A stretch of 64,000 nucleotides of DNA, taken from contig CM039008.1 of assembly GCA_017499595.2 (NCBI GenBank), forward strand, positions 2,852,001-2,916,000. Reading direction: 5' to 3'. How positions within the stretch are numbered: position 1 is the stretch's first letter; each line of letters starts with the position of its first letter. Source of the DNA: Psilocybe cubensis (lineage: Eukaryota). A model generated the notes under the pieces. The model was not told the DNA's origin and searched no databases. It saw nothing but the letters and a program-made list of their open reading frames with translations. Below, piece by piece: positions 63,683 through 64,000 of the stretch. The translations under genes and the position numbers were made by a program.

Positions 63683-64000
63683 CTGGAAATTAGAATGAAT
63701 GTTGTCCCCAATTGCGCTGCCTATTACTGAGACGAATGCCTGAACGCAGGGGAATTCCAATGAGTGCCAGTCGTTCGCCTCCGACTACTTATAATTACGC
63801 CACAAACGACTTTACTCACGGTTCAACGGATTCCGCTAACGTTGGCACGAAACAGTTGCATTTCGAAGGACATTAGGGGAAAATACTGTATGTAATTTTA
63901 TACATTTGAATAAATTGGCTGATGGCGGCGCCTTCCGCGTCATTCCCAATGTCAGTACTGCTAGAGATCTTTATTATTTCTAATGATGTTATGCAACAAT

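Overview
Intron-rich fungal DNA, most consistent with an agaricomycete (mushroom-forming basidiomycete); the species cannot be read from the sequence. Left half (1-37.7 kb): a DUF6533-type membrane gene, a 2-kb non-autonomous TIR element (9-bp TSD), a single-pass surface protein, a 454-bp MITE (8-bp TSD), and a mirror arrangement F-box(+) / C2H2-ZF(-) / HECT E3 ligase(+) / C2H2-ZF(+) / F-box(-) whose paralogues share promoter sequence. The HECT gene is swollen with simple repeats. Right half: a young full-length Ty1/copia retrotransposon (37710-58981, minus strand, GCGGG TSD). Its 3' LTR is split by a complete 15.7-kb KDZ (Kyakuja-Dileera-Zisupton) DNA transposon (37968-53636, 304-bp TIRs, 7-bp TSD) carrying six genes: TET/JBP dioxygenase, an unknown protein, CxC2-KDZ transposase (one nonsense codon), an HMG-like protein, a Zn-cluster-like coiled-coil protein and a Pro-repeat protein. 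The KDZ element is seeded with the palindrome CGGATCCG and other CGG motifs, which suggests (by inference only) a sequence-specific anti-silencing system. A HECT 5' pseudogene fragment and a cytochrome P450 end the window. Exon boundaries and alignments were read by eye; no searches were run.
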